Program-made: the position numbers and the translations under genes
Part shown: positions 39,047-49,010 of the stretch, piece by piece
How positions within the stretch are numbered: the first letter of the stretch is position 1
Layout of the letters: each line of letters opens with the position of its first letter
DNA from: Rhodothermales bacterium
GTDB taxonomy: Bacteria > Bacteroidota > Rhodothermia > Rhodothermales > Bin80
NCBI GenBank assembly: GCA_022822185.1
Contig: JAJECE010000068.1
Coordinates: 376-64,375, forward strand
Direction: 5' to 3'
DNA: 64,000 nt
Notes under the pieces: generated by a model
Seen by the model: the letters and a program-made list of their open reading frames with translations, nothing else
What the model was told of the DNA's origin: nothing
Databases searched by the model: none

Positions 39047-39481
39047 CTACTGCGCAACCGGCACCCCAGCGAAGGAATCCGTACGAATTGGCTTAGTCGT
39101 CTTCTTCGTTTCATCCCCATAGACTCCGGACCATATGGCCCGCAAGTACCCTTCCTGGCCTGCTACGCGCCGGTCGACTTCTCTTATATCCCTACGTATT
39201 TCTTTGTTCTCCGCAATGAAAAAATCACGTAACTCGCTGTCTTGCTGAACGACAACGCCATGTAGTTTGACCCAATCATCACGCAGTTTACCGTGTTCGC
39301 TGAAGATTAACTGAACAATCTCTTCAAAACGCTCATTTTGTCGATCAAAACGCTCATTTATCCGGTCAAGACGCTCGTTCATCCGGTCAAAACGCCTGTT
39401 ATGTGCAAGATTTCGTCGCCAATCTGCAATAATCACCGTAACAATAAAGCCTCCGAGCGCAATAAGAAATTCGAATAACAA
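39047..39481 (-). CDS. N-terminally anchored coiled-coil repeat protein (144 aa)
   Basis: TTG start, N-terminal TM segment (LFEFLIALGGFIVTVIIA), then heptad repeats RRFDRMNERLDRINERFDRQNERFEE. Confidence 0.55.
   Translation of the reverse strand: MLFEFLIALGGFIVTVIIADWRRNLAHNRRFDRMNERLDRINERFDRQNERFEEIVQLIFSEHGKLRDDWVKLHGVVVQQDSELRDFFIAENKEIRRDIREVDRRVAGQEGYLRAIWSGVYGDETKKTTKPIRTDSFAGVPVAQ
39325..39408 (-). repeat. 21-nt in-frame tandem repeat, 4 copies
   Basis: The units tcaaaacgctcattttgtcga / tcaaaacgctcatttatccgg / tcaagacgctcgttcatccgg / tcaaaacgcctgttatgtgca encode NERxDRx heptads. Confidence 0.85.
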
Positions 39482-39733
39482 GATTTCTGTTGGTAGATTA
39501 GAGTTAGTATCTAAGGGTTCATATCCCCCAAACAGGTATTTAAGTTTCCAGGTCGCCGCAGCAACTTGTCCGCAATGGACAGATTATTCTGTCATCACTT
39601 ATTCATAAACTAAGCAACTTTGCGCTCTTTTCCAAGAATGATTCAGTGGTTTGAGGCAGAAGACAGTCAGCGTCTGAAGAAAATGGTGGAGCACACCTGT
39701 GGGCTCGCAACCGTTCTGAAGGCCGTGACCTGA

Positions 39734-40240
39734 TCAATTATCCTCAAGCAGTCGCACCGTGAATGGTACGATTGTATCATTCAGTTTGAGTGTATAGTGC
39801 CCCTGTGTGAAGCCTCCCTCTAACATCAGATAGAGTCTATAGGAGGGGCGAGAAATTGCACAGAACTGTGATTGAGGGCGACGCATCTGCAATGTAGCCG
39901 TGATAATATTTCCAGCCCTTTTCTGATCAAAAGCGTGCATTTCCACGCAGGTATCCGGCAAATGCCCCATGACCAAAATCTCCACAGCAACCGTATCGGT
40001 TTCCAAGTGAAGCAGATCAGGTCGAACCACAACACGTTCAAAGGTCACCGGAAAATACCTGAATGTATGTTCCCCGTCAGGAATGTCAATCGTGAGCGTG
40101 CGATACCCGTCTGGCGGGGAGGCTTCGTAACGATGCCCAAACCGCAGGTCTGGATCTGCAGGCGGTGCGGTGTTGGATCCGCTGCAAGCCGTCACACACG
40201 CTAAAAGGAGCGCCGTGAGGGATGCAACTCCCGCCTTCAT
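39734..40240 (-). CDS. hypothetical lipoprotein
   Basis: Lipobox (LLLACVTACSG). 4-nt overlap with the upstream rsfS stop. Confidence 0.6.
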   Translation of the reverse strand: MKAGVASLTALLLACVTACSGSNTAPPADPDLRFGHRYEASPPDGYRTLTIDIPDGEHTFRYFPVTFERVVVRPDLLHLETDTVAVEILVMGHLPDTCVEMHAFDQKRAGNIITATLQMRRPQSQFCAISRPSYRLYLMLEGGFTQGHYTLKLNDTIVPFTVRLLEDN

Positions 40241-40680
40241 GAATGCAGTAAACCTACAGGCTTCCCATCCACCTTTTCCACCGGCGCATCACTCCAGAGC
40301 CGCTCAAGATCATAGAATTCACGCCGATCCGGCGTGAATATGTGAACGACGAGATCCACATAATCCATTAGCACCCACTGACGGTGCTCTGTGCCTTCAA
40401 TATGCCAGGGGGCTTCCTGACATTCACTCTTGAGCCGTTTTTCAACTGCCTCTGCAATTGCCCGAACCTGGACATCTGAGGTGCCACAGCACAGAATAAA
40501 ATAATCGGATACCCCACTGGCCTCACGCATGTCCATAATGACCACATCCGATCCCTTCTTTTCCTGTATTGCAGTCAATGCTTCGTGAGCAAGAACCCGT
40601 ACAGGAGTTGGGCTTGACCGCTTCCTGTCCGGTGTGGTAGAGGGAGCGTATCGCGGAGAATCAGTTACCATGATCTGCAT
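40237..40680 (-). CDS. rsfS: ribosome silencing factor RsfS
   Basis: DYFILCCGTSDVQVRAIAEAV and WVLMDYVDLVVHIF...R.FYDLERLW motifs. Confidence 0.9.
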   Translation of the reverse strand: MQIMVTDSPRYAPSTTPDRKRSSPTPVRVLAHEALTAIQEKKGSDVVIMDMREASGVSDYFILCCGTSDVQVRAIAEAVEKRLKSECQEAPWHIEGTEHRQWVLMDYVDLVVHIFTPDRREFYDLERLWSDAPVEKVDGKPVGLLHS

Positions 40681-41182
40681 CTTGTGTGGGAGAACTGCTT
40701 TGGAGATTGATGAACGGAGGGATCACCCCGTAATCCTTCCCAAGAATGATGGAAACATCCAGATGAAATTCACTGCGCACATCCTGCTGAATCCGGTCGG
40801 GAGGCAGCCCCAGAGAGGCCGCGACCTCCTGGGCGATTTCCAGATTTCCAATCCGATCTACAATGATCGTCTGCTCTACATCAAAGGACGGGTGATTGCC
40901 TACACCCACCACATCATATCCCTTTGAGCGCAGATAGGTCCGCATTCGTTCGGCTACACCGCGGACCCCCACCCCATTACGGATTTCAACCTGGTAAATA
41001 TCCGTCGCCCTCGGAGTTTCAACCGTAACAGACTTAATGGACGAAGCGATCTGAACGGGAAAGAACACATCCTTTACGAGCGGAATATTCAGTAGCAGAG
41101 ACCCCACCAGGACCGCAACAACAAGCCCCAGCAAAGCCGAGAAAACATCCAGACCAAATACCTTCAGTCGGTTCATGCACAC
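40661..41182 (-). CDS. LytR_C-domain membrane protein
   Basis: N-terminal TM segment, then VEIRNGVGVRGVAERMRTYLRSKGYDVVGVGN, typical of the LytR C-terminal domain. Confidence 0.75.
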   Translation of the reverse strand: MCMNRLKVFGLDVFSALLGLVVAVLVGSLLLNIPLVKDVFFPVQIASSIKSVTVETPRATDIYQVEIRNGVGVRGVAERMRTYLRSKGYDVVGVGNHPSFDVEQTIIVDRIGNLEIAQEVAASLGLPPDRIQQDVRSEFHLDVSIILGKDYGVIPPFINLQSSSPTQDADHGN

Positions 41183-41197
41183 TCAATCTGTGTGACA

Positions 41198-41725
41198 CTA
41201 AAACCAGAAACCTCTTCCAGAATACCCAATGTGTCTTCGGTTATACCCGTAGCCATAAGGTCTATATCCCATCATCCCGGGATATGCATAAGGATCCTGT
41301 CTGACCTGAAAATGGAACTGCACATTTTTAGACGGTTTCCAGGCTACTTCCGCATTGCGCAAGAAAACCTTCGGGTGCTGCTGTCCAAATCCAGACTCCC
41401 GGGCAATCTGGTTCTGAGGGGAATAGGCAACTGCAACGTCCATCCGCGCGGACAATTTAGGGCTAAACTGCCAGGCCATGGTGTTGGTATACATGCCCAT
41501 TGAATACCCATTGCCGCCAAAAGAACCGGCCGTCATTTCAAAACTATGGCTCATTTGAAAGACACTGGGGTTAAAGACCCTGTTCAACAGTGCACCGACC
41601 TTGTTCGATGGACTATACAATCTGGTTTGCGGATACGCATTGGGAACCGTTTCCCGAAACTGCGCATCCGCGGGTGTAGCAAGAATCGCTATAAAAGCAA
41701 TGAGTAGCAAATTTCTACAGATCAT
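41198..41725 (-). CDS. secreted hypothetical protein, possibly a small outer-membrane beta-barrel
   Basis: Signal peptide (MICRNLLLIAFIAILATPADAQ). Gly/Tyr-rich, with a C-terminal aromatic ending ...GFWF. Confidence 0.5.
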   Translation of the reverse strand: MICRNLLLIAFIAILATPADAQFRETVPNAYPQTRLYSPSNKVGALLNRVFNPSVFQMSHSFEMTAGSFGGNGYSMGMYTNTMAWQFSPKLSARMDVAVAYSPQNQIARESGFGQQHPKVFLRNAEVAWKPSKNVQFHFQVRQDPYAYPGMMGYRPYGYGYNRRHIGYSGRGFWF

Positions 41726-41845
41726 CAAAACATATCCTTGTTTAGGAAAGATAATGCGAACTCCGCAAACTATCAATACCTTTTGATTTTATTTTGGTTC
41801 CTTTTTGCACCGATTACGTAAAGTCCTCGCATACCACATACCCCC

Positions 41846-42154
41846 ATGAAACCTGCATCACCACGAAAAGCAGTTTCGGAAGAAGATCTTGAACCCTTCA
41901 GGGAGCAGATTGATGAGATTGATCAGAAGCTTGTACAGCTTTTGAACGAGCGCTCAAGTCTGGCGAACAATATTGGGCATATCAAGCAGCAGTTGGGACT
42001 CCCCATCTATATGCCTGCCCGGGAAAAGCAAATCCTGAAAAATGTCATGCGTATGAATCCGGGTCCACTCTCCGCAAAGGCCATGCGGCGGCTCTTTGAG
42101 CGTATCATTGATGAGACGCGTGCACTTGAACGACAGAAATATCAGTCTGACTAG
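41846..42154 (+). CDS. chorismate mutase (AroQ class)
   Basis: FREQIDEIDQKLVQLLNERSSLANNIGHIK and R..E.QIL motifs; 102 aa. Confidence 0.88.
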   Translation: MKPASPRKAVSEEDLEPFREQIDEIDQKLVQLLNERSSLANNIGHIKQQLGLPIYMPAREKQILKNVMRMNPGPLSAKAMRRLFERIIDETRALERQKYQSD

Positions 42155-42163
42155 AACGTAACC

Positions 42164-43195
42164 ATGTACAGGATTCTGTTTTTTGTACTGAGCATGGGGA
42201 TTCTGCTTGGGACGGGAGCGACCTGGCTGTTATGGTCCCCGAATACGCTCTCTTTTGAGGGGAACAGGGCTCTGCACATTCCACGGGGAAGCACCTTCAG
42301 CAGCGTTGTGGATTCACTTCAAAACCGGCAACTGCTCCAGCGCATATGGACGTTTCGTTTAGTCGGCCAGGCAACCGGCTGGAAGGATCAAATGAAGGCC
42401 GGCCACTATGTTTTTTCTTCCGGGGCCTCAAATGTCCATCTGCTGCAGACCCTTCGGAAGGGGTTACAAACTCCGGTATCTGTACGAATTCCTGCCGGAT
42501 CCCGCCGTGACTGGATCGCCCGCGGTGCAGCGACCAACATGGCGTTTACGGCAGATGACTTTCTTACTTCACTCCGTGACTCTGCGCTGGCATCCGAACT
42601 TTCGACGGACACGCTCCACTTATTCAGTTATATGCTCCCCGAAACATACCAATTCTACTGGCTCACCGAAGCAGATGATGTTGTTCGGCATATTAAAAAG
42701 GAGTTTGACCAATTCTTTGAACGTGAATTAGCCTCTGAAGCCAGTGATCGAAATCTTACCCATGATCAGGTGGTAAGTCTGGCGGCAATTGTGGAATGGG
42801 AGACAAACGTAGATGCTGAAAAATCCCGTGTGGCCGGCGTATACCTGAATCGTCTGCAAAAACGCTGGCCTTTGCAGGCGGACCCGACCGTGCAGTATGC
42901 ACTGATTGAATTGGAGGGGAATCGGCGCCGGCTCTTCTATCGTGACTACCGTATTCGCCACCCGTACAACACCTACCTGTACCGTGGGCTCCCCCCCGGC
43001 CCCATCACCAATCCCTCGCCATCCTCGCTCCGGGCCACTGCTGCTGCCGAAGATCATGATTTTATGTTTTTTGTAGCCAGTCCTGATGGGGGGCATTCAT
43101 TTAATGTCGACCTGCAGGGACACAACCGGGACGCAGCAAAACTGAGACGTTATCTGGCAGAACGTAGACGCAGACAGACCAGTGCAGGACGTTAA
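42164..43195 (+). CDS. mltG: endolytic murein transglycosylase MltG (YceG-like)
   Basis: N-terminal TM segment, LASIVEWE-like block (LAAIVEWETN) and YNTYLYRGLPPGPITNPS. Confidence 0.9.
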   Translation: MYRILFFVLSMGILLGTGATWLLWSPNTLSFEGNRALHIPRGSTFSSVVDSLQNRQLLQRIWTFRLVGQATGWKDQMKAGHYVFSSGASNVHLLQTLRKGLQTPVSVRIPAGSRRDWIARGAATNMAFTADDFLTSLRDSALASELSTDTLHLFSYMLPETYQFYWLTEADDVVRHIKKEFDQFFERELASEASDRNLTHDQVVSLAAIVEWETNVDAEKSRVAGVYLNRLQKRWPLQADPTVQYALIELEGNRRRLFYRDYRIRHPYNTYLYRGLPPGPITNPSPSSLRATAAAEDHDFMFFVASPDGGHSFNVDLQGHNRDAAKLRRYLAERRRRQTSAGR

Positions 43196-43333
43196 TTCTC
43201 TTGAATTCGGCTTTGCATATCAATCTCTGCATTCTGACTCCCAAATTCTCTACCATCGTACCCCTTTGCGATTCCCTTACTGGAAAAATCAATGCTGCCA
43301 TCCGCTTTGAGTACCAAGATAATTCCTGGAGTA

Positions 43334-44092
43334 CTAATGGACATAACTTCCGGCGTTTATATCAATTGATGTTCCTGTAGCGTGATCTGCCAGTCCACTT
43401 GCCAGGAGGGTTACCATCGGGGCAATATCCTCTGGTTCAGTCAACTGATCCAGTGCAAGATCTCCCAGAATGAACGTCTCGCCGTAGGAATTCACGGCAT
43501 CTTGTGCCATATCTGTACGGACAAAGCCAGGTGCAACAACGAAGGCCTTAATCCCATCTTTGCCATAAGCACGGGCAATGCTGCGTGTCAACGAAACAAC
43601 TGCCCCCTTCGACGCTGCGTAACTCATGTACTCGGCGGTATCTCCACGGAAAGCCGCCCTTGATGCAATGTTGATAATATGCCCTCCCCCCTGTTCCTGA
43701 AACTGGCGGATTGCCAAACGACACAGGAGGGCAGTCGCCCGGGCATTCACCGCCATCGTTTGTTCCCATACACGAATCCACTTGCCGGTGGAATCGGAGG
43801 AACTGACGAGTTGTGCAATGCCTGCATTGTTAATCAGGATATCCAGCCGCCCATATGCCTTGATCACCTCTTGAAAAAGTCCTTCACATGCTTCAATCTG
43901 TGCCAGATCCGCCTGGAACACTGCCGCCTGATTGCCCAGACTGGAAGCGACTGCCTCAGCGTATGCGACATTCCTGTTATAATGTACGGCAACCGTTGCC
44001 CCTGCATCTGCAAAGCTTTTTGCAACTGCTTTTCCAATGCCACGGCTGGCACCGGTCACTAATGCCACCTTATCTGCGAGCTCTATTTTCAT
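43334..44092 (-). CDS. SDR-family oxidoreductase (FabG-like)
   Basis: ALVTGASRGIGKAVA, NNAG and YAASKGAV motifs. Confidence 0.85.
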   Translation of the reverse strand: MKIELADKVALVTGASRGIGKAVAKSFADAGATVAVHYNRNVAYAEAVASSLGNQAAVFQADLAQIEACEGLFQEVIKAYGRLDILINNAGIAQLVSSSDSTGKWIRVWEQTMAVNARATALLCRLAIRQFQEQGGGHIINIASRAAFRGDTAEYMSYAASKGAVVSLTRSIARAYGKDGIKAFVVAPGFVRTDMAQDAVNSYGETFILGDLALDQLTEPEDIAPMVTLLASGLADHATGTSIDINAGSYVH

Positions 44093-45112
44093 TCAATCAG
44101 GGAAACTGTCCAACGACCACTGTCTCGCAGCCCGGGGATAAAGTCCGGAAAAAATCTGAACAACGCTTTTCGGGTTGATTTTTGAGGATTAGACTGCTCA
44201 AAATAGTCATAGAAGAGATTTTTTGGCCTTTAGAGTCTCAAAAATGCGAAAAATAGATAGTTTGGCCATCTATGACACGCAGTTGTACTGCCTAACTCTG
44301 TGATCATACTTTATCCACGGGCTGCTGTCTTGTCTAGTGTCAGGCTGAAAACTACGTGTTTTTTTACGAACGAATTTTTTGCAGATTTCGGATTCAATTT
44401 CCCGATGATTTTTGTCGATTTGCGGCCCAGCGTGGGTTGGCGAGTCTAAAAATCGGGAGATTTGGCCTCTTCAAGAGCAGGAAAAAGGGACATTACGACC
44501 ATTTTCACTACAATTGGACACACATCGGGCCCTCCGGTCAATGGAGTCCGATCCGCATTTTAAGGATTGCAGTGGGAGCCGCTTACGCTGCCTTCCGCAA
44601 CTGTTCCCGATCCTGCGCCATCGGGAACGTGTAAATCCATCACCATACGGAAGATCTCAGCATTTGAACCCATATGAGCACTGTGGACTATATTGATGGT
44701 CGTTTTCCCTGCCGGGGATTTTCTCTTGTGTGGAGTGGGAGAGGCGGAAACCCTGGTAACCGAAACGGTGGTACTCATATCATTGGGGCTTTGTACTATC
44801 GTTGACTTCTGATCATCATCACTGTCATGACGCACCTTGGGGCCATCATGTCACGGGTGTTAATCTGACCCTGCATTTAATATGCCAAATTTTGAGTTAG
44901 GTGATATTCTCAGACAGATCTTCAAGTTAGGCGTTCAACATGTATAGACAGTGCAACACATATTTTGGAACCACAAACAAATGAAGATATCTAGAGATCG
45001 GATAAACATTCTTGGGCCTTATTGATCGCCGAAAACCTGTAGAGGCGGCATTAGCGGTCAGTGTTCGGGGTTACGACTGGCCGTACGCAAAGATTATTGA
45101 TCTCCCTGTTCT

Positions 45113-45634
45113 CTACGCAGACCGAACTGCTTTCTGCTTCGGCCGTCGCCATATAGGCACACTGGAACATGGCTCACCAAACATAACCTTCCGGGCCACC
45201 TTCTGCAGTTCCCTCATCGCCCGGGCATAAGCACTTTCCGGAACGATCCCCGATCCGCAACCCTTCACAACCACAATTCGATCCGAAAATTTTGTCCAGT
45301 CTTCCTGCTCTAATGCCAGTATAAACTGCTCCCGGATCACATCAACCCGCCTGCCCATTGTAACACTCTGTGCATGATCGAGCCTGGATGCAACCAGCAT
45401 ATACGCCCACATCGGCACCAGCGCATCGGTACTGCAAAAAAGTGCTGCATGGATCCCCTTGAACCCCTGCCAGTCGTATGCGGCAACCTGATTACGGAAC
45501 GGCTTCTCCCGCAAAAGAAATCCTCCGTCCAGAAACGTGGACAGATCCAATTCCCTGATGTCATGTCCTGCCCAGAGCGACTCCAGATCATACACTTCGA
45601 TCCCGCTCTGGGCAACGCGATTAGCTATTTCCAT
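45113..45634 (-). CDS. DUF2480-family protein
   Basis: LREKPFR...DW, VVKGCG and FGEPCSSVPIW blocks as I recall them for DUF2480. Immediately downstream of the cysteine desulfurase gene. Confidence 0.7.
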   Translation of the reverse strand: MEIANRVAQSGIEVYDLESLWAGHDIRELDLSTFLDGGFLLREKPFRNQVAAYDWQGFKGIHAALFCSTDALVPMWAYMLVASRLDHAQSVTMGRRVDVIREQFILALEQEDWTKFSDRIVVVKGCGSGIVPESAYARAMRELQKVARKVMFGEPCSSVPIWRRPKQKAVRSA

Positions 45635-45639
45635 CTAAG

Positions 45640-46785
45640 TCATGCAGCCTTGTTGTAGAGTCCGTCCAAAGCCTTCCTAAGTAATTCCGAGGCCTCAAGA
45701 ACCTCCCCTTCCGTTGTCGGACGGCCCAAACTGATTCGCAGAGTCTGTGCGGCAACATCATTATGAATCCCCATTGCAGAGAGCACCGCACTAGGGGTGC
45801 GCTTGCCGGATCCACAGGCACTTCCAGTCCCTACTGCCAGCGTGCGAATGGCCAGGAGGAGTCTTTCCAGATTCAAGCCGGGAAACGATATGCTACTTGT
45901 CTGGGGGAGCCGATTGGCACCTGCACTATTAATCTGGATTTCCAATCCTGCCCTCAAAAGGGCCTGTTCCAGCCTGTCACGTAAATCGGAGAGGCGCTTT
46001 GCATCTTGTGCCTGTTCCAGTTCTGCCAGCCGGAACGACTCTCCCATGCCAACAATTCCCGGAACATTGTGTGTACCACTGCGCTTCCCCTGTTCCTGCC
46101 CGCCGCCATCAATGAGTGGAGCACATCGTATCCGGCTGCGCACAAACATCGCTCCCACTCCCTTGGGGCCATACACCTTATGTGCGCAGCAAACTAGAAT
46201 ATCCACATCCTCAACAGATATGGGAATTTTCCCGACTGCCTGTGTTGCATCGGTCATAAACGGGATACCACGGCCGCGCACCAGTTCTGCAATTTCAGCA
46301 ATCGGCTGGATCACCCCGGTCTCATTATTGGCCCACATCACACAAACCAGAACCGTCCGGTCCGTAAGGCTGTCACGTAAACGGTCAAGATCTACGAGTC
46401 CATCTTCGTTGACGGGGACATACGTGATTTCCCATCCACGCTGTTCAAGGTACCGGCAGACATGGGACACTGCATGGTGCTCTGTTCGGACGGTGACCAT
46501 GTGCTTCCCCTTGTGGGAAGATACTTCGGCTACGCCTTTAATCGCCGAATTAATCCCCTCCGTTGCCCCGCTGGTGAAGATGATTTCGCCTGGTCTGGAT
46601 GCACCCAGACACTGCGCCACCTGCAGGCGTGCCTTCTCTACGGCAGTATTTGCCGCCCACCCGTACATATGCGCCTGACTAGAGGGGTTGCCATAATGCT
46701 CCGTAAAGTATGGCAACATCTTCTGCATGACGCGAGGGTCAACCGGCGTCGTTGCATTATAATCCAAATAGATTGCTGCAGACAT
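45640..46785 (-). CDS. cysteine desulfurase (NifS/IscS family)
   Basis: IYLDYNATTP, SGATEGIN, AHKVYGPKGVG (PLP lysine) and GSACGSG active-site cysteine loop. Confidence 0.9.
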   Translation of the reverse strand: MSAAIYLDYNATTPVDPRVMQKMLPYFTEHYGNPSSQAHMYGWAANTAVEKARLQVAQCLGASRPGEIIFTSGATEGINSAIKGVAEVSSHKGKHMVTVRTEHHAVSHVCRYLEQRGWEITYVPVNEDGLVDLDRLRDSLTDRTVLVCVMWANNETGVIQPIAEIAELVRGRGIPFMTDATQAVGKIPISVEDVDILVCCAHKVYGPKGVGAMFVRSRIRCAPLIDGGGQEQGKRSGTHNVPGIVGMGESFRLAELEQAQDAKRLSDLRDRLEQALLRAGLEIQINSAGANRLPQTSSISFPGLNLERLLLAIRTLAVGTGSACGSGKRTPSAVLSAMGIHNDVAAQTLRISLGRPTTEGEVLEASELLRKALDGLYNKAA

Positions 46786-46895
46786 GGCGCAAAAATCACC
46801 CGGGTGCTACCCTCATTCGGAAGATGATGTTCCAAAACACCGGAATTCCCCCTGCAGGCAACCCGCACGGGGTACTCCAAGTAGAATGTTTTTCT

Positions 46896-46968
46896 GCCGC
46901 GTTCGTCTAGGGGTCCAGGACGCCGGCCTCTCACGCCGGTAACACGGGTTCAAATCCCGTACGCGGTA
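46896..46968 (+). tRNA. tRNA-Glu (anticodon CUC)
   Basis: Hand-folded cloverleaf. Acceptor stem GCCGCGT/ACGCGGT (G1-U72 wobble). Anticodon stem CCGGC/GCCGG with loop CTCTCAC. T arm ACGGG-TTCAAAT-CCCGT. Close resemblance to the bacterial tRNA-Glu consensus. CCA is not encoded. Confidence 0.85.
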
Positions 46969-46971
46969 CCC

Positions 46972-47655
46972 TTACTTCTTTCTGGGAAGTACCTGCGGCT
47001 CCAGTACCCGGTCAATCAGACCATACTCTTTGGCTTCCTGGGAACTGAGCCAATAGTCCCGGTCTGCATCCTTTGTAATTGTGTCTGTATCCTGTTCTGT
47101 ATGGCGTGCAAGAATTTCATACAGGCGTTGTTTCAGCCATAAAATTTCCCGTGCCTGTATTTCTATATCCGATGCCTGTCCCTGAGCTCCGCCCAGAGGC
47201 TGATGTAGCATGATGCGGGAATTCGGGAGTGCAGCTCGATGCTCTTTCGTTCCCGAAGCTAACAGCACAGATCCCAGAGATGCCGCCAGGCCGACACAAA
47301 TGGTTGCGACCGGGCAGGAAACGTACTGGATCGTATCATAAACGCCGAGTCCGCTATACACCATTCCACCCGGTGAATTGATGTAGATATTGATGTCCCG
47401 CTCCGGATCTTCACTGGTCAGATAAAGCAGCTGGGCAACGGCCAGATTGGCCACGACATCATTGATCGGCGTACCCAGAATAATGATACGCTCCTTTAGC
47501 AGGCGGCTAAATATATCATAGGCCCGCTCTCCACGGGAGGTCTGCTCCACCACCATTGGAACCAGATTCCCAATGGGCTGATCTCCAAGCCCCTTGGTGT
47601 AAATACTCGCCGGTATCTGGAGGCTTTTCGAAAACTTGACAAAATCATCTACCAT
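46972..47655 (-). CDS. clpP: ATP-dependent Clp protease proteolytic subunit
   Basis: [26 protein letters not shown] (catalytic Ser) and MLHQPLGG (catalytic His) motifs. Confidence 0.95.
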   Translation of the reverse strand: MVDDFVKFSKSLQIPASIYTKGLGDQPIGNLVPMVVEQTSRGERAYDIFSRLLKERIIILGTPINDVVANLAVAQLLYLTSEDPERDINIYINSPGGMVYSGLGVYDTIQYVSCPVATICVGLAASLGSVLLASGTKEHRAALPNSRIMLHQPLGGAQGQASDIEIQAREILWLKQRLYEILARHTEQDTDTITKDADRDYWLSSQEAKEYGLIDRVLEPQVLPRKK

Positions 47656-47689
47656 CTAATCAACGTAATCTGTTGGGGGTTATCGTTCG

Positions 47690-48952
47690 TTACTGGAGGT
47701 TCTGTTTTGCTACGATATGCATCATCATCTGTTCGCTAGCGGGGACCTCCTTGACTTCGAACTGATCTACTAATCTCGACATAATTTCCACTTCATAGCT
47801 GCTTTCCATGTCTGCGTCTATACTCAAAGCATCCGTGCCGGGAGAATCCCATAATGTGGTTTTCAGTTCTTCGGACAGGGTGCGCAGCAATAATATCCAG
47901 CGCATATCCCTCCTCAGCCTATCCGTAGTCTCCAGTGCTTCTGCGGCTGCATGTAATTCATCAGACATTAAGGATTTAGCTTGTTCCATAAACCCTTCTG
48001 GAATCGTAAAGGGATGTAACGCCACCATCCGTTCCTTAACCATTGCCTCTACTAATTCCTCGCTAAATTCTCCGAGAATATTCTCAAGATATTCCTGTGC
48101 CCACTCGTCTAATTCCTCGGGAGAATCCACGGAATGATCGCTGATCTTCGCTGCCCACTCATCGTCAATTTCCGGCCATTCATATCGCTCTGCCGCTAAA
48201 ATCTCGATCCGTAGATCTGAATCCATCGAATTGAGCCGAACCAGATTTGATGGATCGTCATCCTGGTTCAAGACAATTTGATCGCCAACGGAATGTCCTT
48301 CAAACATATCCTCCAGTTCATAAGCCTCATCGCTGATAAGGATTGCTTCACCAAAATTGTATTCCTTAACATCTTCCGATCTTCCCCCAATAAGAACAAA
48401 GCCTGTATCAGGATCAATATTTTCCGACTTGTAGGTCACTTTGTCAAACATACCTACATTCAGTTCCCCGATTCTTTCATCTTCCTGAAGTGGTCTAGTG
48501 GGCAGGTGAGGAATCATGTGAATCCTTTTCACATACTCAATCAGTTTGTTGCTTACACTGGACACAGGAACTTCAACCACCTGCCCTGCAAGATCCTTCA
48601 ATTCAAGTTTGGGGAGTACATAAAACTCGATCTGAACCTGCAGATCTCCACCTAACTTGTAGTTACACTGAATCTCCCTCGGTTTTCCAATTGTACGATA
48701 CTCACGATTCTGCGCCACCATATCATCGTACACTTCTTCCACCAGATTCTGAACGATGATATCTTTAATTTCGCTCGCACAGATGCGGCGAATCATCTTC
48801 ATCGGAACATGGCCGGGGCGAAATCCACGCCGTACGGTCAATTTCTGCTGTTTTTTTTCGGCCAGCCGCACATCTGTCTCCAGATCCGAGGCATCTGCCG
48901 TGATTTCCAGGACACGAACCATGTCGCCCGTCTCACGCACATGAGTTTCCAT
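47690..48952 (-). CDS. tig: trigger factor
   Basis: 420 aa. The N-terminal ribosome-binding block GFRPGHVPMKMI and the position upstream of clpP. Confidence 0.9.
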   Translation of the reverse strand: METHVRETGDMVRVLEITADASDLETDVRLAEKKQQKLTVRRGFRPGHVPMKMIRRICASEIKDIIVQNLVEEVYDDMVAQNREYRTIGKPREIQCNYKLGGDLQVQIEFYVLPKLELKDLAGQVVEVPVSSVSNKLIEYVKRIHMIPHLPTRPLQEDERIGELNVGMFDKVTYKSENIDPDTGFVLIGGRSEDVKEYNFGEAILISDEAYELEDMFEGHSVGDQIVLNQDDDPSNLVRLNSMDSDLRIEILAAERYEWPEIDDEWAAKISDHSVDSPEELDEWAQEYLENILGEFSEELVEAMVKERMVALHPFTIPEGFMEQAKSLMSDELHAAAEALETTDRLRRDMRWILLLRTLSEELKTTLWDSPGTDALSIDADMESSYEVEIMSRLVDQFEVKEVPASEQMMMHIVAKQNLQ

Positions 48953-49010
48953 TACACTGAAGTGTGGTATTATTGATCAAATTACGCAAACGCACTGAAA
49001 CGCACGACCT

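Noticed and set aside
44134-44148. GGGGATAAAGTCCGG, resembling the RNase P RNA GGAAAGUCCGGGC core
   Set aside because: The match breaks at the essential GGGC. None of the other conserved RNase P regions (for example ACAGAA...GGCUUA) occur in the neighbourhood.
45797-46678. 293-aa ORF on the + strand
   Set aside because: It is antisense to the cysteine desulfurase gene. It is Ser/Pro/Arg-rich as expected from reading a GC-rich gene backwards.
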